Assembly (NCBI GenBank): GCA_964531475.1
Contig: CAZHCS010000002.1
Span: forward strand, 4,548-68,547
DNA from: an uncultured Candidatus Saccharibacteria bacterium
GTDB taxonomy: Bacteria; Patescibacteriota; Minisyncoccia; Phycocordibacterales; CSBR16-119
Length of the DNA stretch: 64,000 nucleotides
Direction of reading: 5' to 3'
Below the pieces are notes generated by a model that saw nothing but the letters and a program-made list of their open reading frames with translations, had not been told where the DNA came from and did not search any database. Below, piece after piece: positions 37,846-46,580 of this stretch (position 1 is the first letter of the stretch; each line of letters begins with the position of its first letter). The position numbers were made by a program, and so were the translations under genes.

Positions 37846-38331
37846 TTAAAACGGGATGTCTTCGACGTTTATATCATCTTCCGGATATTCGATAGTCTCG
37901 AGTTCTGGGGCTTTCATCGGAGCATCAGGCTCGTTAGAAGAAGCTGCAGCCTGTCCACCGTACGAACCACCGCCAGATGACTTTGGACCGAACTGGAACG
38001 TGTCGACAATAATTTCCGTACGGTATTTCTTGCCGCCGTCTGCGTCCCAACTTCTCGTCTGCAAGCGACCCTCTACGTATATAGAGCTCCCCTTTTTCAT
38101 GTACTGCTGAACAATCTCGGCCTGGCGTCCAAAGACAACCAAGTTATGGTATTCAGTCGAGTCCTGTTTTGCACCATTTTTGTCCTTCCAGGTGCGATTG
38201 GTGGCGATAGAGAAATTGCACACCTTGATACCAGATGGGAGAGCTTTCGTCTCCGGATCGCGGGTCAGGTTTCCCATGACAATAGCCTTGTTGAGATACA
38301 TCCCGTTAGTGACAGGTCGCGGTCTTAACAC
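37846..38331 (-). CDS. ssb: Single-stranded DNA-binding protein
   Basis: OB fold LNKAIVMGNLTRDPETKALPSG...; C-terminal acidic tip DDINVEDIPF; the true start may be MYL at 38301. Confidence 0.9.
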   Translation of the reverse strand: MLRPRPVTNGMYLNKAIVMGNLTRDPETKALPSGIKVCNFSIATNRTWKDKNGAKQDSTEYHNLVVFGRQAEIVQQYMKKGSSIYVEGRLQTRSWDADGGKKYRTEIIVDTFQFGPKSSGGGSYGGQAAASSNEPDAPMKAPELETIEYPEDDINVEDIPF

Positions 38332-38455
38332 AACCTGTTTGCTATAGTAGTAATTATTTTATCCAAATCTCCACATCTGTATATCGAGCGACCGTGGTCA
38401 CTAACGGGATACATAACGTAAGGTTAGTGGATAATCCTCTTCGTATTGTAAGCGA

Positions 38456-38938
38456 CTACTCAGCTTCTCGCAAGGATGTATCTCCTTCTACCAACTCGTC
38501 AATCTTTTGATCGACAACAGCGGCATCCATTGGAGCAGCATCGCTGTCCGCCTGCGTTCGGCGCTGGCCTGCGGCACGCGACTGCATCATACGAGTACCG
38601 ATAAAGGTGTTCTCGCGAACAGTCTTGATAAGAATTGAACGCAAGATAGATGGGTTCTTGTCGATAGACGCGGCAAATGCTTCAAGCGAAGCAGCTTCGA
38701 GCTCGAACTTAACCCATCCGAAGTATGCAGTATCGAACGAGCGATTCTTGTTGTCGATCTCTTTTACAACATCGTATGCGAGCTTCATAGACTCGGGATA
38801 CTTGTCAGCGATAACTTCGGCGCCCATCGAGGTCAAGGTACCCTTGATACCTTCGACGACTTTGGCGAGCTCTTCTTCTGAAAGAGTCGGCATGACATGG
38901 TAGCCGAGTTCGTAGATTTTTTTATTTGAATCTTCCAT
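38456..38938 (-). CDS. rpsF: 30S ribosomal protein S6 with acidic C-terminal extension
   Basis: KIYELGYHVMPTLSEEELAKVVEGIKG...KLAYDV...; position in the rpsF-ssb-rpsR order. Confidence 0.75.
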   Translation of the reverse strand: MEDSNKKIYELGYHVMPTLSEEELAKVVEGIKGTLTSMGAEVIADKYPESMKLAYDVVKEIDNKNRSFDTAYFGWVKFELEAASLEAFAASIDKNPSILRSILIKTVRENTFIGTRMMQSRAAGQRRTQADSDAAPMDAAVVDQKIDELVEGDTSLREAE

Positions 38939-39127
38939 GGTTATGAGTAAGTAATAAGTAGAAAGTCGTAAGTCGCACGAATTCCTATTTTAATAATTGA
39001 TAATTTTGGCAAAACCCGCCTTCGCCAAGGCTAAGTCGGGCAAAGAAAAAACGCTCGTATCGGACCTAGCGGCGGCCTCACTCAAGGGCAGCCGAACGAA
39101 ACGTTGTTGAGATATTATCACGTATGT

Positions 39128-39413
39128 ATAAAAACACAAGAGCCGCGAAAATTCGCGGCTCCAGCACGTTCCGGTTCAAAACACGGTTCGTGTACCTTAG
39201 TACGCCAGACTGAGCTGTTGCGGTTCAGGGTGTCGTGATTCCCTTTCGGGAAATTGTATCTAAAGAACCAGTTCATCCCACGGCAGGCGGAGAGTGTCCC
39301 CACCCTCCTCTCCTGCCGGGAATGATTCTTCACGACGATCGATCGGGCCCATCGGGGCCCCTTCTTACAGGACTTCTGTGTCAACCGACGTCGGAAAATT
39401 TATAGCATGCCGA
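39128..39413 (-). ncRNA. Candidate structured RNA B (unknown family) directly downstream of tatD, ending in an intrinsic terminator; shares a 24-nt module with candidate A
   Basis: Terminator gagccgcg-aattt-cgcggctc plus TTGTGTTTTTA on the minus strand; 24-mer at 39235-39258; the only ORF is a low-complexity 88-aa frame. Confidence 0.35.
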
Positions 39414-40265
39414 CTATTTTGAGTCAATACCAAAAAGCGTAGCCATATTTTTGAGTAGTTTAAGCCGAACTTCTTCTGTGTCGAGGTCCTTGATCTCAGC
39501 GATTTTCTTTACCGTCTCTTCTACCATCCACGGCTCACAGTCTTTTCCACGATACGGTACAGGTGCGACGAACGGCGCGTCGGTTTCCGAGAGGATTCGG
39601 TCGATAGGAGTAATCTTTAAGACTTCGTCATAGTCACGAGCAAACGTGATAACGCCTGTGAACGACAGATAAAAACCAAGTTTCAGAAACCTCTCGGCAA
39701 TAGCGGGCGTTCCAACAAAGAAATGCACGTCTCCGCGCAACCCCACAGGTCTTGCCTGTGTAGTAGATTCCAAGATTTCCAAGACATCTTCATACGCATC
39801 CATAGTTCCCTTTTGCGGACGGATATGGAGTATGAGCGGCAAGTTTTTCTCGATTGCCAAATCAATTTGTTGTATAAAAATTTCTTTCTGCAAATTCTTC
39901 GTCGCTATATCATTCTCATCAATTCTGAAATAATCAAGCCCACATTCGCCAATAGCGACGACTTTTTCCTTCCCAGCAAGCTCGCGGAATTTCTCCATCG
40001 TCACGCCGAAGCTTTCAGTGTAGGCGGAGCCAGCATCACTCGATGCTTTCGCCAAAGGCTCAAGCATGGCACAGGGATGAAACCCGACGGACGCAAAAAG
40101 GTTTGCACTTAGTGGCGCGATTCGTACAGCTTCGGCTGAAGTTTCGTAATCGGTTCCGACAGTGATAGTGCCGATTTCTTTTTCTTCGAGGATTTTAATA
40201 ATCTCTTCCTTGCGCTCGGCAAGTGGCGAGAGATTTAAGTGCGAATGAATATCGAAATATTTCAT
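39414..40265 (-). CDS. tatD: TatD-family metal-dependent hydrolase/DNase
   Basis: MKYFDIHSHLNLSP... conserved His/Glu/Asp ligands across the TIM barrel. Confidence 0.85.
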   Translation of the reverse strand: MKYFDIHSHLNLSPLAERKEEIIKILEEKEIGTITVGTDYETSAEAVRIAPLSANLFASVGFHPCAMLEPLAKASSDAGSAYTESFGVTMEKFRELAGKEKVVAIGECGLDYFRIDENDIATKNLQKEIFIQQIDLAIEKNLPLILHIRPQKGTMDAYEDVLEILESTTQARPVGLRGDVHFFVGTPAIAERFLKLGFYLSFTGVITFARDYDEVLKITPIDRILSETDAPFVAPVPYRGKDCEPWMVEETVKKIAEIKDLDTEEVRLKLLKNMATLFGIDSK

Positions 40266-40266
40266 A

Positions 40267-41691
40267 CTAATCTTTACGCAAAAAAAGTGGCTTTTCTGGT
40301 TTTTTATTCTCTTTGATGAGTAACTGGATTACTGATGACGTTTCAGGTAAAAACGGCTCAAGAGCGACCGCGATACGCGCAAGTCTTTCAACACATGTTC
40401 GAATAATCTCTTTACCTTTTTCTAAATCATCTTTCACTACTGAAAACGGTTTTTCGGCATTAATATAACGATCAAGTTCGGTTATTTCTTTTGAAATAGC
40501 TTCCATGGACGCCTGGATATCGAAGCCTTGTATCTCGCCAGCGTAGACTGGCATTTCAACCAGAGGCTCACAATATTTTTCCGATAGCGTCATCGTGCGA
40601 CTAACGAGATTTCCAAGTCCATTGGCAAGATGAGCATTGTAACTTTCCTTAAAACGCTCAACAGTAAAAGGACTATCCTCGAAGCTTGAGATTTCAGAAA
40701 GAAGAAACATGCGAAGGGCGTCAGTTCCGTATTCGCGAGCGATCTCAAGCGGATCAACAACATTTCCAAGTGTCTTTGACATACGTACGCCTCCATCGGC
40801 AGTAATGAACCCATTTACTACTATCTGATATGAATTTGGGAGTCCCGCAGCGATAAGCATAGCTTGCCAAATGACGCCCTGGAAACGGGTATTATCTTTG
40901 CCGCAATACTGTGTCGGCGTACCATCCTGCCAAAACTTTTTGAAATTAGTTTCGTTCTCAGGCCAACCAAGTGTCGAGATGTAGTTAGAAAGCGCGTCAA
41001 ACCAAACATACATGACCTGGCTTTCGTCCCCTGGCACTGGTACACCCCAGGACATTTTCTCTTTCAATCGAGATATAGAAAAGTCTTCAAGTCCACGCGA
41101 CACGAACGCTTTCATTTCGTTATAGCGAAAATCGGGCACAATAAAATCTGGCCTTGTCTCGTAGAATGCGAGAAGTTTGTCTTGCAACGCAGAGAGCTTG
41201 AAAAAGTAATTCTCTTCGTCTATGAGCTCAATATTTGTTCCTGGATGAAGTGGACATTCTCCGTTTACGAGCTCAGAGTCAGTCTTTTCACTCTCGCAAC
41301 CGACGCAATATTTTGTTTGGTATGTTTTTTTGTAAATATATCCATTATCGGCAACCCTCTTCCAAAATTCCTGAGCGGCATGTAAATGATGCTCGTCAGT
41401 CGTTCGGATAAAATGAACTTCTGGATTAATACCAAATGCATCGACTTGTCCGCGAAAGACAGCGAACGCATCGTCCACAAATTGTTGCGGCTGCTTCCCC
41501 GCCGCTAGGGCTTTCGTGTAAATCTTCTGACCATGTTCGTCAGTGCCACTATTAAAAAAAACTTCATCACCAATTAATATATGATGTCTTGCTATGACGT
41601 CCGCGCGTATGAACTCAAGCGCATGCCCCATATGAAGCGGTGCATTCACATACGGAAGAGTAGTTGTTATGTAAAAAGGCTTACGACTCAT
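40267..41691 (-). CDS. metG: Methionyl-tRNA synthetase (short form)
   Basis: TTTLPYVNAPLHMGHALE (HIGH region), RMSKTLGN (KMSKS), Zn knuckle CVGCESE...CPLH. Confidence 0.95.
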   Translation of the reverse strand: MSRKPFYITTTLPYVNAPLHMGHALEFIRADVIARHHILIGDEVFFNSGTDEHGQKIYTKALAAGKQPQQFVDDAFAVFRGQVDAFGINPEVHFIRTTDEHHLHAAQEFWKRVADNGYIYKKTYQTKYCVGCESEKTDSELVNGECPLHPGTNIELIDEENYFFKLSALQDKLLAFYETRPDFIVPDFRYNEMKAFVSRGLEDFSISRLKEKMSWGVPVPGDESQVMYVWFDALSNYISTLGWPENETNFKKFWQDGTPTQYCGKDNTRFQGVIWQAMLIAAGLPNSYQIVVNGFITADGGVRMSKTLGNVVDPLEIAREYGTDALRMFLLSEISSFEDSPFTVERFKESYNAHLANGLGNLVSRTMTLSEKYCEPLVEMPVYAGEIQGFDIQASMEAISKEITELDRYINAEKPFSVVKDDLEKGKEIIRTCVERLARIAVALEPFLPETSSVIQLLIKENKKPEKPLFLRKD

Positions 41692-42748
41692 GCTGCATTT
41701 TGGCCAAACGCTCTTTCTCTAGGTCACCAATATATTCGAGCGCCGTCACTGCGACCGGTACCGCAAGAATAAGTCCCCAAAAACCGGCGAGTCCAACGCC
41801 GATCAAAACCGATAGGATAACCACAAGCGGAGAAACGCCTGTCATTTTGTTTACGACGAGAGGCGCAATAAGGTAGCCTTCGAGCTGCTGGATGACGAGG
41901 TACAGCGCGACAACCATAAGAGCCAAACTAATGCCGCCGCCAGCGAACGCAAGAGACACGGCCGGTATCGCCGCCAAGAAAATACCAAAAGGAATTAGTT
42001 CAAATATTGCGGCCACAACAGCCAAGAGAACAGCGTTTTTTACTCCAAGCAAAGAAAGTCCCAAAAATGTGAGCAGTCCGACAAGTATTCCCAATATAAC
42101 CTGTCCCTGCATCCAAAGAGCTATTTTTCTTTGTGATCTTTTCCATAGATCTATAACATACGCCTCGCTATGTATAGGCGAAGCAATACGCAAAAACGAC
42201 TCTATGCCGTCACGCGAAACAGACAGATAAAAAGATATTATGGCGACAAGAGCGACGTTTAATACTCCGCCGAACAATGTAGATATCGTATTGCCAAAAC
42301 CTGATGCAACGACAGATAAGAAAGACTGTGCACTTGAAACCAGATTATCTAGGTTGCTAGATGTGACCGAACCTGGGTTAACATCGCCCAGCGCAGCAAG
42401 GTCGACATTTGATATTGGCAGACCCTTTGGGAAATATTCCCCTATTACCGGCAACAGGTTGACGAATTCTGAAATCAAAACCGGTACGAAGAAGTAAAAT
42501 ATCCCAACAACCACCAGTGCTGTCAAAAGATACATGACAACGACAGACAAAACACGGTTGATGCGCGTCTTTTCTTTTAGATATTCGGCGGCCGTCCTGA
42601 TGAACGATGCCAAAACAACCGACGTCAAAACAACAAAAACCAAGTGTTTGAGCTTCCAGAGTGCGGCTATGACGACACCGGCAATCAGGACCTTGAAAAT
42701 GGCCTTGCGGCTTATATTGACCGTGTAGATTTTGTCACCTTCTTTCAT
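41681..42748 (-). CDS. AI-2E family transporter (PerM-like)
   Basis: 8 TM helices; ...LEGYLIAPLVVNKMTGVSPLVVILSVLIGVGLAGFWGLILAVPV. Confidence 0.8.
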   Translation of the reverse strand: MKEGDKIYTVNISRKAIFKVLIAGVVIAALWKLKHLVFVVLTSVVLASFIRTAAEYLKEKTRINRVLSVVVMYLLTALVVVGIFYFFVPVLISEFVNLLPVIGEYFPKGLPISNVDLAALGDVNPGSVTSSNLDNLVSSAQSFLSVVASGFGNTISTLFGGVLNVALVAIISFYLSVSRDGIESFLRIASPIHSEAYVIDLWKRSQRKIALWMQGQVILGILVGLLTFLGLSLLGVKNAVLLAVVAAIFELIPFGIFLAAIPAVSLAFAGGGISLALMVVALYLVIQQLEGYLIAPLVVNKMTGVSPLVVILSVLIGVGLAGFWGLILAVPVAVTALEYIGDLEKERLAKMQHES

Positions 42749-42781
42749 ACGACCAACTATACCAGGTTTGGCCTGTATTAG

Positions 42782-44095
42782 CTACGCGAGCTTTTGAGCG
42801 AAATAGTCGGATAAATCAGCGATTTTGACACGCTCTTGGGAGCCGTCATCGCGGTGGCGTATAGATACTGAGTCATCTTGCTCGAGTGTATCGAAGTCGA
42901 CGACGACACAAAACGGCGTACCGATTTCATCCTGACGGCGATAGCGCTTGCCAATGTTGCCATTGTCATCCCAAGCGACGCGGCCAAATTTCTTTTTGAG
43001 AGCTGCGTAAACTTCGCGAGCTTTGGCGACAAGTTCTGGTTTGTTTTTAAGTAAAGGAGAGACAGCGCATAGTACAGGAGCGATTGCGGGACTTAGTTTT
43101 AGATACGCCCTCGATTCCCCATTCATTTCGTCTTCGGTATAAGCAGAAACGAGAACGGCCAAAAAAGCACGGTCGGCACCAAGCGACGGCTCGATAACAT
43201 GAGGGGTTAGTTTCTCGCCCGCCTCTTCATCTAGATATGAATCAGCAAGTCCATGAGCTTTGAGGTCAAAGTCAGTACGATACGCCAGACCGAATAATTC
43301 TTTCCTACCAAACGGGAAATCAAATTCAAAATCTATTGTGCGCTTAGAATAGTGCGCCAGATCTTCTGGAGCAACTTCGAGTTCATGGATTGTTTTCGGA
43401 TCGATGCCAATACTTGTGGCCCATTCTTTGATAACGTTTTGCCACATAGTAAATGCTTCTTTCCATTCTGATTCTTTGACAAAGTATTCTATCTCCATCT
43501 GTTCGAACTCTCGAGATCGGAACAAGAAGTCACGAGGAGTGATTTCATTCCTAAACGCCTTACCTATCTGAGCAATACCGAATGGTAGCTTTGGATGATA
43601 CGCATCAAGTGTATTCTTGAAGTTCGCAAAAATTCCTTGTGCCGTTTCTGGACGAAGGTATGCGACCGAGGCTGAATCCTCAACAGCTCCAACGTTCGTC
43701 TTGAACATCATATTAAATTGGCGTGGAGCAGAAAGTTTTCCCTTACAATCAGGACAGAATTCCTTGTCATCTATTTGATCAGCTCGAAAACGATGTTTAC
43801 ACTTTTCACATTCGACAAGCGGATCAGAAAAACCGGCTACATGTCCGCTAGCTTCCCATACCTTTGAACTCATTAGAATAGCCGCGCGCACGCCGTACAT
43901 GTTCTCACGTGAAGTTACAAACTTTTCCCACCAAGAAGCCTTGATGTTGTCAAGGAGCTCATTACCCAAATGGCCGTAATCCCATGTACCAGCAAGGCCT
44001 CCATATATTTCAGAACCCTGAAATACAAAGCCGCGCCTCTTGCACAGGCTTACTATCTTCTGCATAAGGTCAGTAGGGTTATTGGACGGTGTCAT
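42782..44095 (-). CDS. glyQS: Glycyl-tRNA synthetase, dimeric class II type
   Basis: GFVFQGSEIYGGLAGTWDYGHLG..., FRNEITPRDFLFRSREFEQMEIEYF, SLGADRAFLAVL. Confidence 0.9.
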   Translation of the reverse strand: MTPSNNPTDLMQKIVSLCKRRGFVFQGSEIYGGLAGTWDYGHLGNELLDNIKASWWEKFVTSRENMYGVRAAILMSSKVWEASGHVAGFSDPLVECEKCKHRFRADQIDDKEFCPDCKGKLSAPRQFNMMFKTNVGAVEDSASVAYLRPETAQGIFANFKNTLDAYHPKLPFGIAQIGKAFRNEITPRDFLFRSREFEQMEIEYFVKESEWKEAFTMWQNVIKEWATSIGIDPKTIHELEVAPEDLAHYSKRTIDFEFDFPFGRKELFGLAYRTDFDLKAHGLADSYLDEEAGEKLTPHVIEPSLGADRAFLAVLVSAYTEDEMNGESRAYLKLSPAIAPVLCAVSPLLKNKPELVAKAREVYAALKKKFGRVAWDDNGNIGKRYRRQDEIGTPFCVVVDFDTLEQDDSVSIRHRDDGSQERVKIADLSDYFAQKLA

Positions 44096-45977
44096 GCTGT
44101 GAATTATAGTTACTGTCGCGATTTAGTCTAGTAGTTATAGGCTGGAGCGACCGTACTATGTCTACATTGGTGAAAACATCTCGGGCAGTCAATACCGTAT
44201 CCGACACTAGATTTGGAGCCGTGCCAGACTGAGAAGACGAAGGATTTAGGCGCACCTGGAAGTTGACCTGTCTTGGAGAAGATGATGTGCCGACTCCAGC
44301 TTCGACGGTGCCGATATTCCACGTAACCTCACGGGTCGGCGCGTTATAAGTTATCGACTGACCAGACGGACTCGTCGCGCCGACCCATTCGACATAAAGC
44401 GGAAGCGTGGCTTTGACCGTCGCCCCACTGACGCGATTGATCGTGTTTGCAATACTCCAAACTATCGTGTACGTCGTCGGCTGTCCCGAAGTTGGCGGTA
44501 TAGGTCCAGAATTCTGAAACGGTCCAGAATTATACAGTGCGTGACCAGTGATCGAAAGCTGTGTGCCAAATTTTACAGTCTTTTTTATAAAGTTCTCGAT
44601 CTCCAAAAAACTATTACCAAGTTCTGGCTTGCGCCCCCTGATCGAAAGATCTATCACGATTTCAGGATTTTTGGTCGAAGAACCAGAAAGAGAAAGCGGG
44701 CGGAAAGAGAATGATAGTTCCCCGCGATCACCTGGATCGATAGTCCCAAGACGACTAGATGTTTCCCTATTCCAAATTATAGTGCGAGTTGATGAGTCGT
44801 AAAAACCGTCATCGGAACTTATGGAATCAGGATCAAAAGCAGAACCAGAAAATTGTGCCGTTATCTCGACGTCGGTTATTTTGGCATCGAGAGAGTTAGA
44901 GAAATTTATAGAGCCTTCGGTAGACTGCCCAGCTATCGCAACAGATTCTGCTCCTACGCTACCGTTTATACTAAGGGCAAGATCCAAGAATGGCTGCTCG
45001 ATGGCGATTCTGTAGCTTTCGGAATTAAATTGTGTTCCGATAGTTTGTTCGTCATTTGGGTCTGCAGTGCCGGCATAAATATTGAACGCGCGGCTCTCGC
45101 CGGCTTCGGCTACAATAACACCTTCGACGCGAATCGTTTTTTCTGCGCCTTTGTCGAGATCGCCCAAGAACCAAATATTGTTAGAAAATGTTGGCTCTGG
45201 AGTTGATCGCTTCCAATCAAATCCAGGAGGATAATCGACAATGACCATCATATTTTCTGCAGCCTCTTCGGTGTTAAGGCTAGTTACGATATCAAAGGCA
45301 ATTTCCTGGTTTGTGTTTGATACTTCGGGGCCTTTTACAGAAAGGTTGAGCGGAGTCGACGAAATATTTACGACATATAGCTCCTCTTTAACGAAAATAG
45401 CCGAAGAGCCTGGAACACGGTACTCTAAAACTATATTTATGTCTCGTGTAGTTCCCTGCTGTCCGAAAAGCACCAGGTCGAGAAGTTTTTCCGAAACACC
45501 GCCAGCCGGAACTGTACCGACAGTAAAACGATCGCGCTCAATACTTTCGCCAACACCTGCGCCTTTCTGGTATTCAAGGAGCAGGTCGGAATATTCTAAA
45601 CTTACATTGTTCTTGTTTATTATTTCTATCTTCAAAGGCAAGGCTTCGCCTCCGGAAACAAAGGCGTTACCCAAAACATTTATCTCAATATTGTCTGCGG
45701 AAACAGTATTCGATTCTCCAAAAAACATAAAGGCTCCAAATATGACAGCCAAAGAGAAGAAAGCAATAGCGCCCAAGAAGAATTTCTTGAACATGGTATT
45801 TGAAAGAAGGCTTTTTTGCTCTTTTATAACAGCGGCCGGCTCATGTTTCCATTCCGAAGGAGCTTCGCGTTCGTCTTCATATATTGGACTGCGAGGTTTT
45901 TGTTTCGGCGCAGAGCGCGGGCTGTAGAGTTTTTCTTTGAGCCGATCGAGATGGCTTTTTCCTTTCTTTGGAGGCAT
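44079..45977 (-). CDS. Large membrane-anchored extracellular protein (single N-terminal TM, beta-rich ectodomain)
   Basis: Basic N-terminus, TM FFLGAIAFFSLAVIFGAFMFF, then approximately 560 aa rich in S/T/N/G. Confidence 0.5.
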   Translation of the reverse strand: MPPKKGKSHLDRLKEKLYSPRSAPKQKPRSPIYEDEREAPSEWKHEPAAVIKEQKSLLSNTMFKKFFLGAIAFFSLAVIFGAFMFFGESNTVSADNIEINVLGNAFVSGGEALPLKIEIINKNNVSLEYSDLLLEYQKGAGVGESIERDRFTVGTVPAGGVSEKLLDLVLFGQQGTTRDINIVLEYRVPGSSAIFVKEELYVVNISSTPLNLSVKGPEVSNTNQEIAFDIVTSLNTEEAAENMMVIVDYPPGFDWKRSTPEPTFSNNIWFLGDLDKGAEKTIRVEGVIVAEAGESRAFNIYAGTADPNDEQTIGTQFNSESYRIAIEQPFLDLALSINGSVGAESVAIAGQSTEGSINFSNSLDAKITDVEITAQFSGSAFDPDSISSDDGFYDSSTRTIIWNRETSSRLGTIDPGDRGELSFSFRPLSLSGSSTKNPEIVIDLSIRGRKPELGNSFLEIENFIKKTVKFGTQLSITGHALYNSGPFQNSGPIPPTSGQPTTYTIVWSIANTINRVSGATVKATLPLYVEWVGATSPSGQSITYNAPTREVTWNIGTVEAGVGTSSSPRQVNFQVRLNPSSSQSGTAPNLVSDTVLTARDVFTNVDIVRSLQPITTRLNRDSNYNSQHDTVQ

Positions 45978-45998
45978 GAGATATATGATACCACCAAA

Positions 45999-46580
45999 TC
46001 AGATGAGTTGTGTAGCTGCGAGTGACTTGTTTACTTCGCGGATTATGTTTTTCTTTGTTGCTGCAACTTTTTCCATGACTTCGCCGTTAAAAGGACTAGT
46101 GACAAAATCATGTCCAGCCTGTTCTCCCCAATAGCCGAGCGTGTGAAGAATCTTGAGCGCGAGCAAGGCTTCGACGGATTCGATGATAGCTCCGCCCAAT
46201 TTTTCTTGTGAAGTAAATTCATAAGCGGCAACCAGGTCGTCAAAGAGCGCCGGATGCGGCTCGCCCTCTGGGGCGAGCCGCATCAAGAGCTGCAAACTCC
46301 GCACGCGCGATGGTGTCGCTAGGCTTTTTTTGGAGTTTAGTTCGTGAATCGGTCGTGCGGACACCAAACGCCAGTACGTCTTGCCTTTAACAAGCGATAC
46401 ATCGATATATTTGAAATCCTGAACGAAGAACCGGAGGCGCGATTCGATTTTCCTGATTCCGGTCGCCTTGGCATGAATCACACCGAAATCTTTTGTAAAC
46501 AAATCAAAAGTCTTGTCCGCCTCCCCACTCGAGCGAGTCCTCATAACGAACGCTTCGGTGTGATAAATGGTGTGAGACAT
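45999..46580 (-). CDS. recO: DNA repair protein RecO (short form)
   Basis: N-terminal OB-fold pattern HTEAFVMRTRSSGEADKTFDLFTKDFGVIHAKATGIRKIESRLRFFVQDF... Confidence 0.55.
   Translation of the reverse strand: MSHTIYHTEAFVMRTRSSGEADKTFDLFTKDFGVIHAKATGIRKIESRLRFFVQDFKYIDVSLVKGKTYWRLVSARPIHELNSKKSLATPSRVRSLQLLMRLAPEGEPHPALFDDLVAAYEFTSQEKLGGAIIESVEALLALKILHTLGYWGEQAGHDFVTSPFNGEVMEKVAATKKNIIREVNKSLAATQLI

Noticed and set aside
39118-39384. 88-aa ORF MTQKSCKKGPRWARSIVVKNHSRQERRVG... on the minus strand
   Set aside because: It lies entirely within the structured, terminator-ended candidate RNA B. It is low-complexity and basic, and has no start context. It is likely non-coding.
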